61,733 nucleotides of DNA, taken from an uncultured virus (IMG/VR IMGVR_UViG_3300023371_000086) (Duplodnaviria; Heunggongvirae; Uroviricota; Caudoviricetes). The translations under genes were made by a program, and so were the position numbers. Position 1 is the first letter of the stretch; the number at the start of each line of letters is the position of its first letter. The notes under the pieces were generated by a model. The model made no database searches, was not told where the DNA came from, and saw nothing but the letters and a program-made list of their open reading frames with translations. The DNA lies in IMG/VR virus record IMGVR_UViG_3300023371_000086. One strand, given 5' to 3'. This document shows, piece after piece, positions 19,756 to 30,271 of the stretch.

Positions 19756-20231
19756 AGCCCTTTTAGTTTATTCTTTAAACGTTTTTGTAAACGCCTACGT
19801 ATGTGTACTCGTAATATTCTATTAAAATTCTCGTTGGTTAATCTGAAAATCTCCGGACCATATTTATCTACAAGTTCCTCGGTCTTACTATCGCTAGAAG
19901 TTATATAGAAACCTCCCGGGTATTCGTTAGTAAAAACAACATGCATTCCTTTATGGAAGTCTCCTGTGTCCCTAAGAGTTACTCGTGTAGTCGGTTGGCC
20001 TTTTCTCTGTTTAGCAGTTATTGTCCTATCCGCATAAGGAGCATAGCTAGTAATCTTTACTCCCTTTCCAGTAATACCACGCCTATAGAGCTGGTCGTTC
20101 GCTATCGCAGAAACTATAACGTCTTCTACTTCGTACACTACATCTTCTAGCATCTCAGGTAGTTCATCTCTGAACTTTCTAAGACGATATTCGAGATTAC
20201 GAATAGAAGCGTTATAAAATTTCTGGCTCAT
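19752..20231 (-). CDS. putative virion morphogenesis/neck protein
   Basis: PYAxxTIxxK...VTLRDTGDF motif typical of neck proteins. Confidence 0.6.
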   Translation of the reverse strand: MSQKFYNASIRNLEYRLRKFRDELPEMLEDVVYEVEDVIVSAIANDQLYRRGITGKGVKITSYAPYADRTITAKQRKGQPTTRVTLRDTGDFHKGMHVVFTNEYPGGFYITSSDSKTEELVDKYGPEIFRLTNENFNRILRVHIRRRLQKRLKNKLKGL

Positions 20232-21424
20232 ACTGTTTTATACTTTATACCATTGTTTCTACAAGGTAAACATATTCTATCAAGTCCTTGTGTAGATATA
20301 TTAATAGCTTTCAACGCTTGTTCAAGCTGATAGTTTAAACCTGACTTTTTCATAGATGAAGAGTCACCATCAAGCTCATAAAGAATATCCATCCTAGAAG
20401 CATTTATAGAATGCCTGTTTGTTCTCACATTAGGATTGTATGCAAACTCACGTAGTATATCTATAGCGAACTGCTTCATTATCACTTCTTGGAAAAGATG
20501 CTTTTCGCTAATGATAAAGTCTGTAAGGTCACAATACACAGATATGTCAAGGTTAAGCCCGTAGTTGCGGTTATATTGATACTCATTATTCTCAATATCC
20601 CACATAATAACAGAGCCATCTACGTCCTCTGCTGCTTCTTCCTTTATTTCAAATGGATGCACTTCTATAAACTTAGACCAAGCAGACCATGATATGTATT
20701 CATTTCTTGAGCACTCTCTGCACGGTCCTTTGGACCAGTCTCTATCCTTGTTTATAGCTTTACTTCCTTCTGGTAGCTCTGATTGTCTATAACAGAGATA
20801 CCAGCTTCCGCCAGCATCAGTATGTTCACTTTGATATGGAAGTATTACATCATTGAGTGTTATCCATTCAGCGCCTCTGGTCTTCTTTTCCACTTCTATA
20901 GTCTTTACAGGAGTAAAAGAACTAGAGTGCATGAGATATAGCTTATACGCTCCTGGCATTGTGAACTGGAGGCATACTCTATTTATACGTGTAGTTACAC
21001 CTTTTGAACGAATAGGCACTATTTCAAATCCAACAAGATTCTTGCGATTTGAGATAGTATCAGATAATCTGCCAGTTCCATCAAACAGCGTTTTGTTTTC
21101 ACATAAGCTATTTGACGTTTTACTAACCAGTTTCTCATTTATAAATCTGCTAATGACCTTAGTTATGCTAGCACGCACTTTCTTCTCAAGCCACAGAGAC
21201 AGCGGGTCAATTTCTGGCGTAACATCCGAAGTTGGTTCCATATTTTCATAATCTGGAGCTATGCAAGATAAGTTAGTAAGTGTGATAAGTGGATGTGCCT
21301 GCTGAAAAAACAATCCGCTTTCACTCTCAGTTAAACTATCACTAATTTTTATACCAGATATACTATCTTGTTCAAATCCAACAAGATGCAACAACGCATC
21401 CTCTATTCTCTTAACTTGTATCAT
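20228..21424 (-). CDS. putative head-tail connector/structural protein
   Basis: 398 aa, first gene after capsid. Confidence 0.55.
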   Translation of the reverse strand: MIQVKRIEDALLHLVGFEQDSISGIKISDSLTESESGLFFQQAHPLITLTNLSCIAPDYENMEPTSDVTPEIDPLSLWLEKKVRASITKVISRFINEKLVSKTSNSLCENKTLFDGTGRLSDTISNRKNLVGFEIVPIRSKGVTTRINRVCLQFTMPGAYKLYLMHSSSFTPVKTIEVEKKTRGAEWITLNDVILPYQSEHTDAGGSWYLCYRQSELPEGSKAINKDRDWSKGPCRECSRNEYISWSAWSKFIEVHPFEIKEEAAEDVDGSVIMWDIENNEYQYNRNYGLNLDISVYCDLTDFIISEKHLFQEVIMKQFAIDILREFAYNPNVRTNRHSINASRMDILYELDGDSSSMKKSGLNYQLEQALKAINISTQGLDRICLPCRNNGIKYKTV

Positions 21425-21445
21425 ACGTGCTAATTTAATACTTGT

Positions 21446-21520
21446 AGCTACTTGACGATTCGAACGTCTCTAGTTAGTGGAGGACTAAAGCTAACTGTGC
21501 TTCCGTTACACCAAAGTAGC
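21446..21520 (-). ncRNA. tRNA-like element with enlarged 13-nt anticodon loop and 4-bp T stem
   Basis: GCTACTT/AAGTAGC acceptor, TGGTGTAACGGAAGCAC D arm, GTTAG/CTAAC stem, GACG-TTCGAAT-CGTC T arm. Confidence 0.7.
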
Positions 21521-21525
21521 TATTT

Positions 21526-21568
21526 GAAAAACAGGAGGCAGAATACATGAACCATCCCACCTCCTGCC
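21526..21568 (-). terminator. intrinsic terminator after capsid gene
   Basis: CAGGAGG...CCTCCTG stem followed by TTTTT on minus strand. Confidence 0.6.
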
Positions 21569-21591
21569 AAAGTTAATAACAACTTATAAGA

Positions 21592-22677
21592 TTATGCTTG
21601 CTGCTGGTTTACAACCACAACTGGCTTACCATAAGCTGCATTTTCGTTAGAAACGTTGAATGCAAGGATTGGACCTGCGTTGTTCTCAGGGTCGCTATTA
21701 TAAGCTGTGATGAATGCTACGTCTACAGCGAAGCCATAGTGCTCCTTACGTGTACGAACCATATCAGCAGTAGCCTCGCCAGCGATTCCGCTGTAGTCTC
21801 CAACCGAGTCGTAGAAGTAAGTACCTACTGGCATACCAAGGAGAGGAAGCTCAGCGATACCCCACTCGTGTCCATCACCTGAACGTGTACCGAGCAAGCT
21901 ATCACGCTCGAAACGAGTAAGCATTCCAATTGAGCCCTGGTTGATTGCATAACCCTGAGCATACTTGCCTTCAGCTGCAGCAAGGTTATTAGTAAGGTGT
22001 ACAACCTTTCCAGCAAACTCGTTCTGCTTGTTTACGTCATTGTAAAGACCGTGCTGAGCGAGCTTGTTCATGATGCTCTGAACGCCGGCATCTCCTACGA
22101 TGTGGAGCTGACCGTAAAAGTCATTTGCTCCCATCATAACCTCGAGGTCTCCGAATACATTCTCACGCTCTGTCCACTTCGCGTTCACTGAATTACCAGT
22201 AAAGTCGTAGAGAAGAGGGTTCTTGAGAATCTTGGTCTTGTTAGCAGCAAGAGCAGCAAGAGCATCCTCATCAAGCTTCTGAGCAAGCTTGTAAACATAC
22301 TTCATCATCTTGGTGTTGAAGTCACGCTGAATCTTGATTTCGTTGTTCATGTACATAGCAGGAGTGATTGTGAATCCCCAAGCGTATGTAGCGAATGTGA
22401 TAGTGATGAAACGAGATGTATTCTCGCTATCAGCGATTGTCAACGTACGAGTGTTGCCAATAGTAATATCAGCATCGTAGTCGATTACAGGTGTCTGGAG
22501 GATAGTTCCGATAGAAGTTCTAGCCTTCTCCTTCATCTCCTCCGTCAAAATGCCAGTAGGGTCATTCGACTGATTCATAAAAGCGTCGAGTGCACCGTAT
22601 CTACTTGCGCGATACTCAAACTTGTCAATGTTTGACTGAGCGAGTGTGTTTTGAATACGAGTTAAAACTAAGCTCAT
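21592..22677 (-). CDS. major capsid protein
   Basis: About 361 aa from MSLVLT, follows scaffold, strong codon bias, followed by terminator. Confidence 0.75.
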   Translation of the reverse strand: MSLVLTRIQNTLAQSNIDKFEYRASRYGALDAFMNQSNDPTGILTEEMKEKARTSIGTILQTPVIDYDADITIGNTRTLTIADSENTSRFITITFATYAWGFTITPAMYMNNEIKIQRDFNTKMMKYVYKLAQKLDEDALAALAANKTKILKNPLLYDFTGNSVNAKWTERENVFGDLEVMMGANDFYGQLHIVGDAGVQSIMNKLAQHGLYNDVNKQNEFAGKVVHLTNNLAAAEGKYAQGYAINQGSIGMLTRFERDSLLGTRSGDGHEWGIAELPLLGMPVGTYFYDSVGDYSGIAGEATADMVRTRKEHYGFAVDVAFITAYNSDPENNAGPILAFNVSNENAAYGKPVVVVNQQQA

Positions 22678-22756
22678 GATTGTTAATGATTTATTTGTTA
22701 AACATGATGCTATACGGTGCATTACCCTTTTACGCCCAATAGCATTATTCGGTTAT

Positions 22757-23698
22757 TTACCTAATAGGAAGACTTGATACATTGTTCTCAGTTCCAAGCT
22801 TTGTAATTTGCTCTGAGAACTCCTGCGAGTCACGTGTAAGTCCGTTAGCAAGAAGATGATTCTCAATCATCCTGTAAGCCTCAACCTGTGTCTTAGCGCT
22901 GGAGATATCGAATGTAGCTGTAGTCTTACTAGTCTGGTGCGGCTTTGTGCCTGTGCCAGCCTGCTGACGGTCTACGCTGATTACATCCTTAATTGAAGTT
23001 TCGAGAATGAGCTCTGTCAGTGTATATGGATTGAGATTGTTGTTAGGGTTGTTAAGGATATTTCCATCAGTTCCTCTAAGAACAAGCTTCTTACCACCAT
23101 TTCCATCTTCTATGAAGTCAGGCGTACCCTTTGCCAAAACCTCTGCCTTTGCTGCTGTCAGCAAAGTCTTCTGAATAGATTCAGTGATTCCATCTTTAAA
23201 CTTAAGACCATTTGTAGCTGACTGGAATGCATACTCAATATGTATGTCTTTGATGTCCTTGTCAAACTTATCCTTGGCTGTCTTGAGCTCTGTCTCTTTT
23301 GCCGTAAGCTTTGCTTGAAGCTGCGACACCTGCGCCTTAGCATCTTTGAGCTGTTGAGCAAGTGTTTCGTCGGTTGCGCCCTTCTCAATTTTAGTCTGGA
23401 GCTTTGCTACTTCAGCATTTGCTTTGTCAAGCTCAGCTTTGATTGATGCTGCTGATTCAACTTTGCTCTTATATTCAGCTAATACACGCTTTGCGTAGTC
23501 ATAGCTCTTTTCGCCATCGTTTTTCTTTACGCCAGTAATACTGAATATATCTGTATCATACTGGCCATGCAAAGCACCGATTCTTGCGCCGATGACTGTA
23601 TTCTCATCGTTTCTTGACATCTCAGCAATTGCGTTGAGTTGGTCATCTGTGAGTGCTGCTAAAGCTGTATTCTGTCTAAGTGTTTCTACTGTTAACAT
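22757..23698 (-). CDS. capsid scaffolding protein
   Basis: Coiled coil, C-terminal GTG linker, upstream of capsid gene. Confidence 0.7.
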   Translation of the reverse strand: MLTVETLRQNTALAALTDDQLNAIAEMSRNDENTVIGARIGALHGQYDTDIFSITGVKKNDGEKSYDYAKRVLAEYKSKVESAASIKAELDKANAEVAKLQTKIEKGATDETLAQQLKDAKAQVSQLQAKLTAKETELKTAKDKFDKDIKDIHIEYAFQSATNGLKFKDGITESIQKTLLTAAKAEVLAKGTPDFIEDGNGGKKLVLRGTDGNILNNPNNNLNPYTLTELILETSIKDVISVDRQQAGTGTKPHQTSKTTATFDISSAKTQVEAYRMIENHLLANGLTRDSQEFSEQITKLGTENNVSSLPIR

Positions 23699-23716
23699 AA
23701 CTTTCAGATTTAACGA

Positions 23717-24202
23717 TTACTCACTCTTCTCATTCTTCTCAACAAGTCCTGCAGCATCACCGTACGGGTCATGAAGAACACCTACAATAGAATATCCGAG
23801 TCTCTTGTGGCTCTTCTTGAACAGCTGCCATTCAGCAAATGTGAACATCTGTACATACGGCTTTGAAATCCTCTTACCAGTATTAGGGTCATACTTCTGA
23901 CCACGTACAATTGAAACGTGTACATGCTTTTCAGTACCTTTAGCAGGTACATAAGTAGACTCCGTCTCTGGCTGCTCACTGTCTTGCTCAGACATCTTTT
24001 TACGCTCTTCGATATAATCTTCGATATCCACAATGAACTCTACGACCTCGTCGAGCTCTTCTTGTTTAGCGTCTGTCCAGTCGCTATTTGACTTTTTCTG
24101 CTTTTCAAGTTTGGCCTTCTCGGCTTCTGCTGTAGCTTTAATTTGTGCTACTTCCGCTAGACTCTTGTTGTCTAACTGCTGTTGGCTGAATTTCTGTAAC
24201 AT
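23717..24202 (-). CDS. hypothetical head-module protein
   Basis: Likely start MLQKF at 24202, overlapping portal end. Confidence 0.65.
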   Translation of the reverse strand: MLQKFSQQQLDNKSLAEVAQIKATAEAEKAKLEKQKKSNSDWTDAKQEELDEVVEFIVDIEDYIEERKKMSEQDSEQPETESTYVPAKGTEKHVHVSIVRGQKYDPNTGKRISKPYVQMFTFAEWQLFKKSHKRLGYSIVGVLHDPYGDAAGLVEKNEKSE

Positions 24203-25892
24203 AATCTTGTAATTTTGATTGAATAATTTCAATTTTCTCACGCATTGGCTTGTTCGATGCAAACTCAATGATGTTTATATTTTCTCGTTCAAACCTTTCA
24301 ACAAAAGTACTGAAATTTATTTTAAGTTGGACCATTTTTTCTTCTAAAAGTCCTTCTTTATACAAATTTAACACTTCTTGAAGAGTTTGATGAGGATATG
24401 GCTCTATTTGTTTAAGTATAAGCATTCGCTGTAATACAAGAGGGTTATTTTTGTATTCAACCTCAAGTATCTGTTGCGTAATAGCATCAAGCTCTGCTAC
24501 AGTAGCGCCATTTTTCTTAGCGAGCTCATATTTGCTATATAACTCTTTAACAGTGAACACATAGAACTCTGTTCCAAGATTTATAGACGATGATATGAAG
24601 CTGCTACCATATCTAAGTCTGCAAATCGTATCTTCTACAAACTTTTGTGCAAGTTCAAAATTAGTTTTCAGCGCATTCAGAACAGCTGTTTTGCTTTCAA
24701 AGTTAGCTGAAACCTGAGTCTCATTGATAGCTTCCTTTTCGCTCACGTTGCCACCAGAACCAACGATTGATACAACTATTTCATTTTTAAGACGCTCGCA
24801 CTCCTTCACGTTGTATTCGAGCGAATCTTTATCTATAGTTGTAATCTGCACAGGACTACGCATATCAGCTATGCCCTCTGCCTGGTTGGGTACTGGTATT
24901 TCAAGAAAAGAACCAGGACCAGCTATTCTCTTTTCGCTACAGCAAGGACATTTCTCAACTGCTCCATCAGCGAGCATCTTATAATTGCCTTGCGAATTAC
25001 GCAAGAAGCCTCCGTCGCAATAGTCACCGTTTTCGCTATTCTCAAAATTACACTCAGTCTCGTACGCACTATATATAGGATATGGAGCATACAAATCTAA
25101 GTGTTGCTTTGATATAGCGAAGAATAAATACCAATCCAAATTAGACAGCTCTTTTACGAGTGGGTTCTTCTTGAGGTCCTTGCAGCTTTCGTTGAGCTGC
25201 TCGGACCAGAAGAATCTTGCTGGACAATACCCAAGGTCATGTGCAGCTTCTGAAACTAAACCAGTAATCTCGTTCTTTTCGTTTAGCTGATAGACACGCA
25301 TACTGCTATCATCAAACACAGCTATTCTGTTTTCAGGCTGCCTGAATATAAGCCACTTGAATCCAGTGTCACTGTCCATCTCATAGTCGATTACATTGTC
25401 TATCTCTAACCAATAGAAGTAAGGCTCTGGTTTGCTAGAAGTCTGCTCTTGTGGTAAGTCCACAATAAGTATGCTATTTGGCGATACTTGCATCCTTTTC
25501 CACCCAGTTGTCTTCCATATAAGAGGCTCATCTAGCTTCTCTCTACGATACATAGCCCAGTCTTCTTCAAGTTCTGAGTTAGTAAATTGGTAGAACGCTG
25601 ATGAGTTTCTACTGTGGAAAACACGCTCAAGCTCCCTATATACATCTTCTGCTACAGCATTGGTCTGCAAAGGGAACTTAAACAGGTGAAGAAATATGTG
25701 ATATTTGTCTTTTGGAAGCAAAGTCCTGACCCAGTCAAGAAACTCTGAAGCTGGTTGACTTATATCAAACACGGAAATATTGGACTCAGTGTGGAATCTG
25801 AGTCTTTTCTGCAGTGCTATTGCCTTCTGGATGTAACCCTTCTTACTTGGCTTCTGCAGTATTTCCTTTATTTGCTTTAAGTCTAAGGCCAT
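24138..25892 (-). CDS. portal protein
   Basis: About 584 aa from MALDLK, between terminase and scaffold, helical, with Cys-containing insert. Confidence 0.7.
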   Translation of the reverse strand: MALDLKQIKEILQKPSKKGYIQKAIALQKRLRFHTESNISVFDISQPASEFLDWVRTLLPKDKYHIFLHLFKFPLQTNAVAEDVYRELERVFHSRNSSAFYQFTNSELEEDWAMYRREKLDEPLIWKTTGWKRMQVSPNSILIVDLPQEQTSSKPEPYFYWLEIDNVIDYEMDSDTGFKWLIFRQPENRIAVFDDSSMRVYQLNEKNEITGLVSEAAHDLGYCPARFFWSEQLNESCKDLKKNPLVKELSNLDWYLFFAISKQHLDLYAPYPIYSAYETECNFENSENGDYCDGGFLRNSQGNYKMLADGAVEKCPCCSEKRIAGPGSFLEIPVPNQAEGIADMRSPVQITTIDKDSLEYNVKECERLKNEIVVSIVGSGGNVSEKEAINETQVSANFESKTAVLNALKTNFELAQKFVEDTICRLRYGSSFISSSINLGTEFYVFTVKELYSKYELAKKNGATVAELDAITQQILEVEYKNNPLVLQRMLILKQIEPYPHQTLQEVLNLYKEGLLEEKMVQLKINFSTFVERFERENINIIEFASNKPMREKIEIIQSKLQDYVTEIQPTAVRQQESSGSSTN

Positions 25893-26055
25893 TCTCTTCG
25901 TCGTAAATGTAATTGCTGTCCTTTGGTAGTTTCCATCCTCCGTTGAGGAATTCGCCCATGTCCAACAGGCGTTCAGCATGCGAAACGCTGAACTCCTGTG
26001 ACATGCCGCTCTTTTCCACTACTAACTTAACTGTTGGTGCTTTCTTTGGTCTCAT
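25843..26055 (-). CDS. hypothetical protein
   Basis: 70 aa, co-oriented in structural operon. Confidence 0.65.
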   Translation of the reverse strand: MRPKKAPTVKLVVEKSGMSQEFSVSHAERLLDMGEFLNGGWKLPKDSNYIYDEENGLRLKANKGNTAEAK

Positions 26056-26066
26056 AGCATTGCGTA

Positions 26067-26705
26067 TTATGCTGATGCAACATTGGCGAGGTCTGTGAGA
26101 GGATTGTAGTCTGCTGGCTTAACCTTAACGAGCTTGTCACTCCAGTTAGGAAAGAAGCTCCACTCGATTGTATTGCCATCTGGCTCCTCAAAGCCACCGA
26201 GCTTCTTGTCTCCAATGAAGAGCTTGCCGATTGGAATTGGTGAGTACTCTGTTGGGTCCTCAGGGTTGTCAGCAATTGCTCCGATATGCCCGTTCTCATC
26301 GATGAGATATACTCCGATGTTCTCGCACATGTACTTCTTCATTGTAGCGATTGTAGTCTGCTTTTCTTGATACATTACAGCTGAGAATGTAGTTGGCTCT
26401 GTACCAATGATAATCTCAACTCCTCCAAGAGATGCATTTCCGCCTCCAAAAGTACGTGCAGCGCCAGGCTCTGTAGTCGGGTTCTGAAGATATGGAGAAA
26501 CGATGATTTTTGAGCCGTCAGCTGCTGACAGCAGTGTTGAAAGACTAGCTTTCTGTGTCAAGTCTGCAATTGTATTACGTACGCCTGCTGACTTAAAGAT
26601 ACGCTGGAAAATGACCTTTTGAATTTGTCCGAAGCTCTCCTTGCATTCAGCAATATTAAGGTCTGGAAGATGTGCTCCAGCTGGGCACCCACAATTAAGT
26701 CCCAT
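26067..26705 (-). CDS. putative major tail tube protein
   Basis: 212 aa beta-rich protein with capsid-like codon bias; no other tail-tube candidate in the genome. Confidence 0.5.
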   Translation of the reverse strand: MGLNCGCPAGAHLPDLNIAECKESFGQIQKVIFQRIFKSAGVRNTIADLTQKASLSTLLSAADGSKIIVSPYLQNPTTEPGAARTFGGGNASLGGVEIIIGTEPTTFSAVMYQEKQTTIATMKKYMCENIGVYLIDENGHIGAIADNPEDPTEYSPIPIGKLFIGDKKLGGFEEPDGNTIEWSFFPNWSDKLVKVKPADYNPLTDLANVASA

Positions 26706-26898
26706 GTTTTTATACTGTTTATTTAGTTAATAACTTACGAGCAGCTACCCTTAACTGACCTCGAACAAAAATGATATGGCTTTATATACACCACGCTGTA
26801 AATTTATAGTATTAAGTTCAAAATAAAAACAATTTATACATTTTTAACACTTTTATTTTTCATTTCACTACAAACGCGTAACAGTGTTAGCATGTTTT

Positions 26899-28485
26899 TT
26901 AGTTTCGTGACTTTATTTTCTTTCGCCTTGCTTTCTTACTATGCATTTCAAATACACCAGTAAGGCAGTCAGGAGCATCATCATGCTGATTTTTCTTCTT
27001 ATTATCCTTTCTGTAAGACATCAATGCAGCGTGGAACTTCGGCCATTTCTTCTCCCAACCTTCTGGGAAGAGTATGTCATTCTGCACACTTCCTGAGTGA
27101 GTAAATATACGTGTCTTCTTGTTCTGTGTCTGTGTAAATGTATTGACCGCACACCTGAAATTCCTCAACTCTGAGCGGAGTATGCGTTTGACATTGCGTG
27201 AGAAGCCTCGTCCACCATTATTGGACTCAACTAGGCAGTCAACAGTGCCATTTATAGTAAGCATCCTCGCCTGTTTAGGCTCAGTAACCTCCATAGGCTC
27301 ATCAGAGAAGAGGACGTCTGTGACATATGCGTACTCTGGCGTATCAATGAAGCATATTGAGCACAGATGGTCCGCTCCAGTGTCAGCTGTATCTGTGTAA
27401 TTCCACTTATTAAGTGCTCTACTGCCTGTTGGGAGCTCTGCTTTAGCATAAGTCCTGAAGCCTTCTGAGTACATCAAGCCCTCTTTTGGCGTTGGGTCTT
27501 GTCCGTACTGTGTATCAAATACAATTGGATTAATCTCTCTGAGTTTATAGAGCTCTTCAAGCGTGTGCTTCATGGCCCATAGTGGTCTCTCTTCTCCAGT
27601 GTCTGGGTCAACTTGAATGGCTGGAAGCGAGAGGACTGTCCACTCATCTGGCTCTTTCTCCATGAGGTACCCGCACAGGTCATGTTCGTGCAGGCGCTGC
27701 ATGATAATAATGATAGGCGTGTTCCTCGAGTTGACGCGGTTACGTATGGTATTCTCGAATCGTTGATTGATACGCTCTCTGACTATATCTGACTCTGCGT
27801 CTTCTGGCTTCATCGGGTCGTCGATGAGTATGGCACCCTGGAAGACGTTAGACGTGGCTCCAATCATATCAAACAGTTCATTGAGACGTGTGAGCTCTTC
27901 ATAGGACTTAGCCTCTGTGACTAGCCAGTCATTAAGCACACTTTCAGGGTCGATGTCAACATTACCTGCACCAAATCCGGTAACCTGTCCCTGAGTTGAC
28001 ACAGCATAGAGCTCTCCTCCGGCCTTAGTCTTCCACCTTTTCGCTGAGCCTTTGTCTGATGCTAGCGCTGACTTTGGAAAGAGCGTTGTGTAGAGCTCTT
28101 CTCGCATGATGTTCCTGACTGTGTCTGAGTTATCGTTGACGAGCATGTCTGAATATGACAGATGCAAGAAGCGACATTTTGGATTAAGCGCAAAACACCA
28201 TGAAATAAATGATTTGATTCCTGTCTCAGTTTTTCCATAACGCGGTGGCATGTTGATTATCAATCGACGGCACTTACCATCAACTACGTCTTGTAAGGCT
28301 TTGAATATGCGCAAATGATGGCTTGATACTATAAATGGGCGTTTGTACTGTGCATAGAACATAGCCTTAGTGTACTTCTCGAGTGATGTGAGAAGTTCCA
28401 ATCGTAAGAGCTCTTTTGGGTCAACAAGATTACTTCGGGGAGAATCGCTCAGAGCGCTTTCTTGAAGTTTGGCCAGTGTTTCCAT
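26899..28485 (-). CDS. terL: terminase large subunit
   Basis: INMPPRYGKT Walker A, ILIDDP Walker B, MQRLHEHDL, DTADTGAD nuclease, HDDAPD. Confidence 0.96.
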   Translation of the reverse strand: METLAKLQESALSDSPRSNLVDPKELLRLELLTSLEKYTKAMFYAQYKRPFIVSSHHLRIFKALQDVVDGKCRRLIINMPPRYGKTETGIKSFISWCFALNPKCRFLHLSYSDMLVNDNSDTVRNIMREELYTTLFPKSALASDKGSAKRWKTKAGGELYAVSTQGQVTGFGAGNVDIDPESVLNDWLVTEAKSYEELTRLNELFDMIGATSNVFQGAILIDDPMKPEDAESDIVRERINQRFENTIRNRVNSRNTPIIIIMQRLHEHDLCGYLMEKEPDEWTVLSLPAIQVDPDTGEERPLWAMKHTLEELYKLREINPIVFDTQYGQDPTPKEGLMYSEGFRTYAKAELPTGSRALNKWNYTDTADTGADHLCSICFIDTPEYAYVTDVLFSDEPMEVTEPKQARMLTINGTVDCLVESNNGGRGFSRNVKRILRSELRNFRCAVNTFTQTQNKKTRIFTHSGSVQNDILFPEGWEKKWPKFHAALMSYRKDNKKKNQHDDAPDCLTGVFEMHSKKARRKKIKSRN

Positions 28486-28553
28486 ATAGTTTATAGATTT
28501 TATAAAAATAACGCGAATTTGAGCGCTTTCTGCGCTCTCTGGAGCGTTTTATT

Positions 28554-29303
28554 CTATTTTATTATCGTCTCACGCAGGACGACATAGGCCTCACGCGAAA
28601 TTGGAGTACCTGGGATGATGCCTGTCGCCTGTGCTTGCTGCTGCGGCAGGTCTAACATCATGCCTGCTTTGCCAAATATCCTATCCCACAGCATATTGAC
28701 TGTGCCCATATTGCCTCTGCCAGCATCATCTATCAAACGTTTGATTACTGTTTTAATCGCAACTGGCACTTTCTTGTTCTTGTACAGAGCATCAAGCTGT
28801 GTTTCGTTACAGGTCAATAAACAAGCCAATAAATTTGCTGTGTCGTTCTTGGTGAGCTGTAGATTAAGATTGATGTTAAGCGATGTTAGGAGCTTGACAA
28901 CGTCTTTGCGCGTGGTGGTTTGTAACACTGAAGCTTGCTCCGGTGTTACGGTAGGCATGTTGGCTCTTATGAGCTCTGGCACACGACTACTGTTTTGCTC
29001 TTCGAGGTTTTCGATGGTGGCAACTAAGGCTTCTTGTTCTTCGATTTCCCTTTGCTGGTGAGCTGTTCTGCCTGGTAAGATTCCAGCGTCTGTGCGAGCT
29101 TGCTCTCTTTCTTGCATTCGTTTGAGGCGGTCTTTTTCTCTGTATTTGATTTCTGCTAGCTCTCGAGCGGTTTTCCTGCGTACGATGTCTTCGGCGTTCT
29201 CCTTTACCATCGTACTCCTGTTATCGTTTAACTCTGCGTTTATGCCTGTTTCCTTCTCAGGTAGTAAATCTGAGATTTGACTTACCAATTTCTCTGTGCT
29301 CAT
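28554..29303 (-). CDS. putative terminase small subunit
   Basis: Directly upstream of terL; LWDRIFGK motif. Confidence 0.6.
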   Translation of the reverse strand: MSTEKLVSQISDLLPEKETGINAELNDNRSTMVKENAEDIVRRKTARELAEIKYREKDRLKRMQEREQARTDAGILPGRTAHQQREIEEQEALVATIENLEEQNSSRVPELIRANMPTVTPEQASVLQTTTRKDVVKLLTSLNINLNLQLTKNDTANLLACLLTCNETQLDALYKNKKVPVAIKTVIKRLIDDAGRGNMGTVNMLWDRIFGKAGMMLDLPQQQAQATGIIPGTPISREAYVVLRETIIK

Positions 29304-29411
29304 ATCTATAAAATTTAGCTTTCGCAAATATACGACAATTCTTTGTAAGTTGAAAGAAAATTTTGAACTTTTTTAGCGACTTTGCGTGTGCACGGGTGCA
29401 AGGGATGGTCG

Positions 29412-29630
29412 AGAAACAAAGTAAACAAAGTAAACAAAGTCTTGTTTCTCTCTAACTCGTTGAAAATCAATTCTATATATTAAAATAAACAAAATAAACA
29501 ATAATTTTCTAAATCTTTTCAAGGTAAAGTATGCTATTCCTTTAATGTAACAATTATGTTACTTTGAGGAAATGAAAAAGCGCTCTTGGAAGTATAGGGA
29601 AACATTGTTCCATTTGTTTATTGTTTCCAC
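29412..29630 (+). repeat. iteron-rich cis-element copy 1 (candidate replication origin)
   Basis: TAAACAA repeats, IHF-like 19-mer, hairpin; inverted homolog of 54555..54760. Confidence 0.7.
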
Positions 29631-30109
29631 GAAGGCCTTTGGAAAAGTTGAAAAATTATTGTTTATTTAGAGCAAAAAGTGGTTGAAAATTAATGAGTTA
29701 GAGTAAACAACAAGAATAAACTATATTGTTTCTAAGAAAAAATCTTTGTTTCCATTGTTTCCGCTATTCTTCAAAAGTAAAAATCGTCATTGGTCGAAAA
29801 GTTTTTAGAAACTATTGTTTATTTTGTTTATTGTTTACAATGGGGCTTGCCAGAAAAGTTGATGATTTTATTGTTTACTTTGTTTACATCCATTTTGATT
29901 GGTCGAAAAGTTCAAAAATCTTTGTTTATTTTGTTTACAAGCTATGTGAAAATTTTTCTCGAAAGCATTTTGCAGTAGTAGGCTTTGTGCCTGAGGGCCT
30001 GCGAAAACGCACATTTTGATTTGAGACAGCATATGCGTATATAGTATAAAGGGGCGGCCCGTCTGCCATAAGGGGCCTTAAAATTCTTAAAAAACTTTCA
30101 AAAATTTGC

Positions 30110-30252
30110 GCAAAAAATTTTCATATATCGAAAAAATCACTTATATTTGCATATGAAAAAATAAGAAAAACAGAAAATAAGAATACGAAAAAAAATACGA
30201 AAAAAATTAAAATAAATTTTCAAATATCAAAAAAATCGATTATATTTGCATA
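30110..30252 (+). promoter_or_regulatory. tandem Bacteroidota sigma70-type early promoters
   Basis: Two TTATATTTGCA (TAnnTTTG) boxes with similar upstream AAATTTTCAnATATCnAAAAAATC. Confidence 0.7.
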
Positions 30253-30271
30253 AGAAAAAATACTAATAAAT

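Noticed and set aside
21484..21490. CT-TTA loop as ochre suppressor implying stop-codon recoding
   Set aside because: Loop is 13 nt, genes are intact under the standard code and TAA is a common stop here.
329..29280. Many short + strand ORFs opposite structural and lysis genes (likewise 36862-61555)
   Set aside because: Antisense shadows of long minus-strand genes with no motifs or independent signals.
29726..30019. ORFs 29726..30019, 29790..29978 and 54464..54730
   Set aside because: Low-complexity translations of TTGTTT iteron arrays.
30049..30078. GC-rich patch GGGGCGGCCC as cos/pac site
   Set aside because: Position upstream of terminase genes is suggestive, but nothing in the sequence supports it without read-end data.
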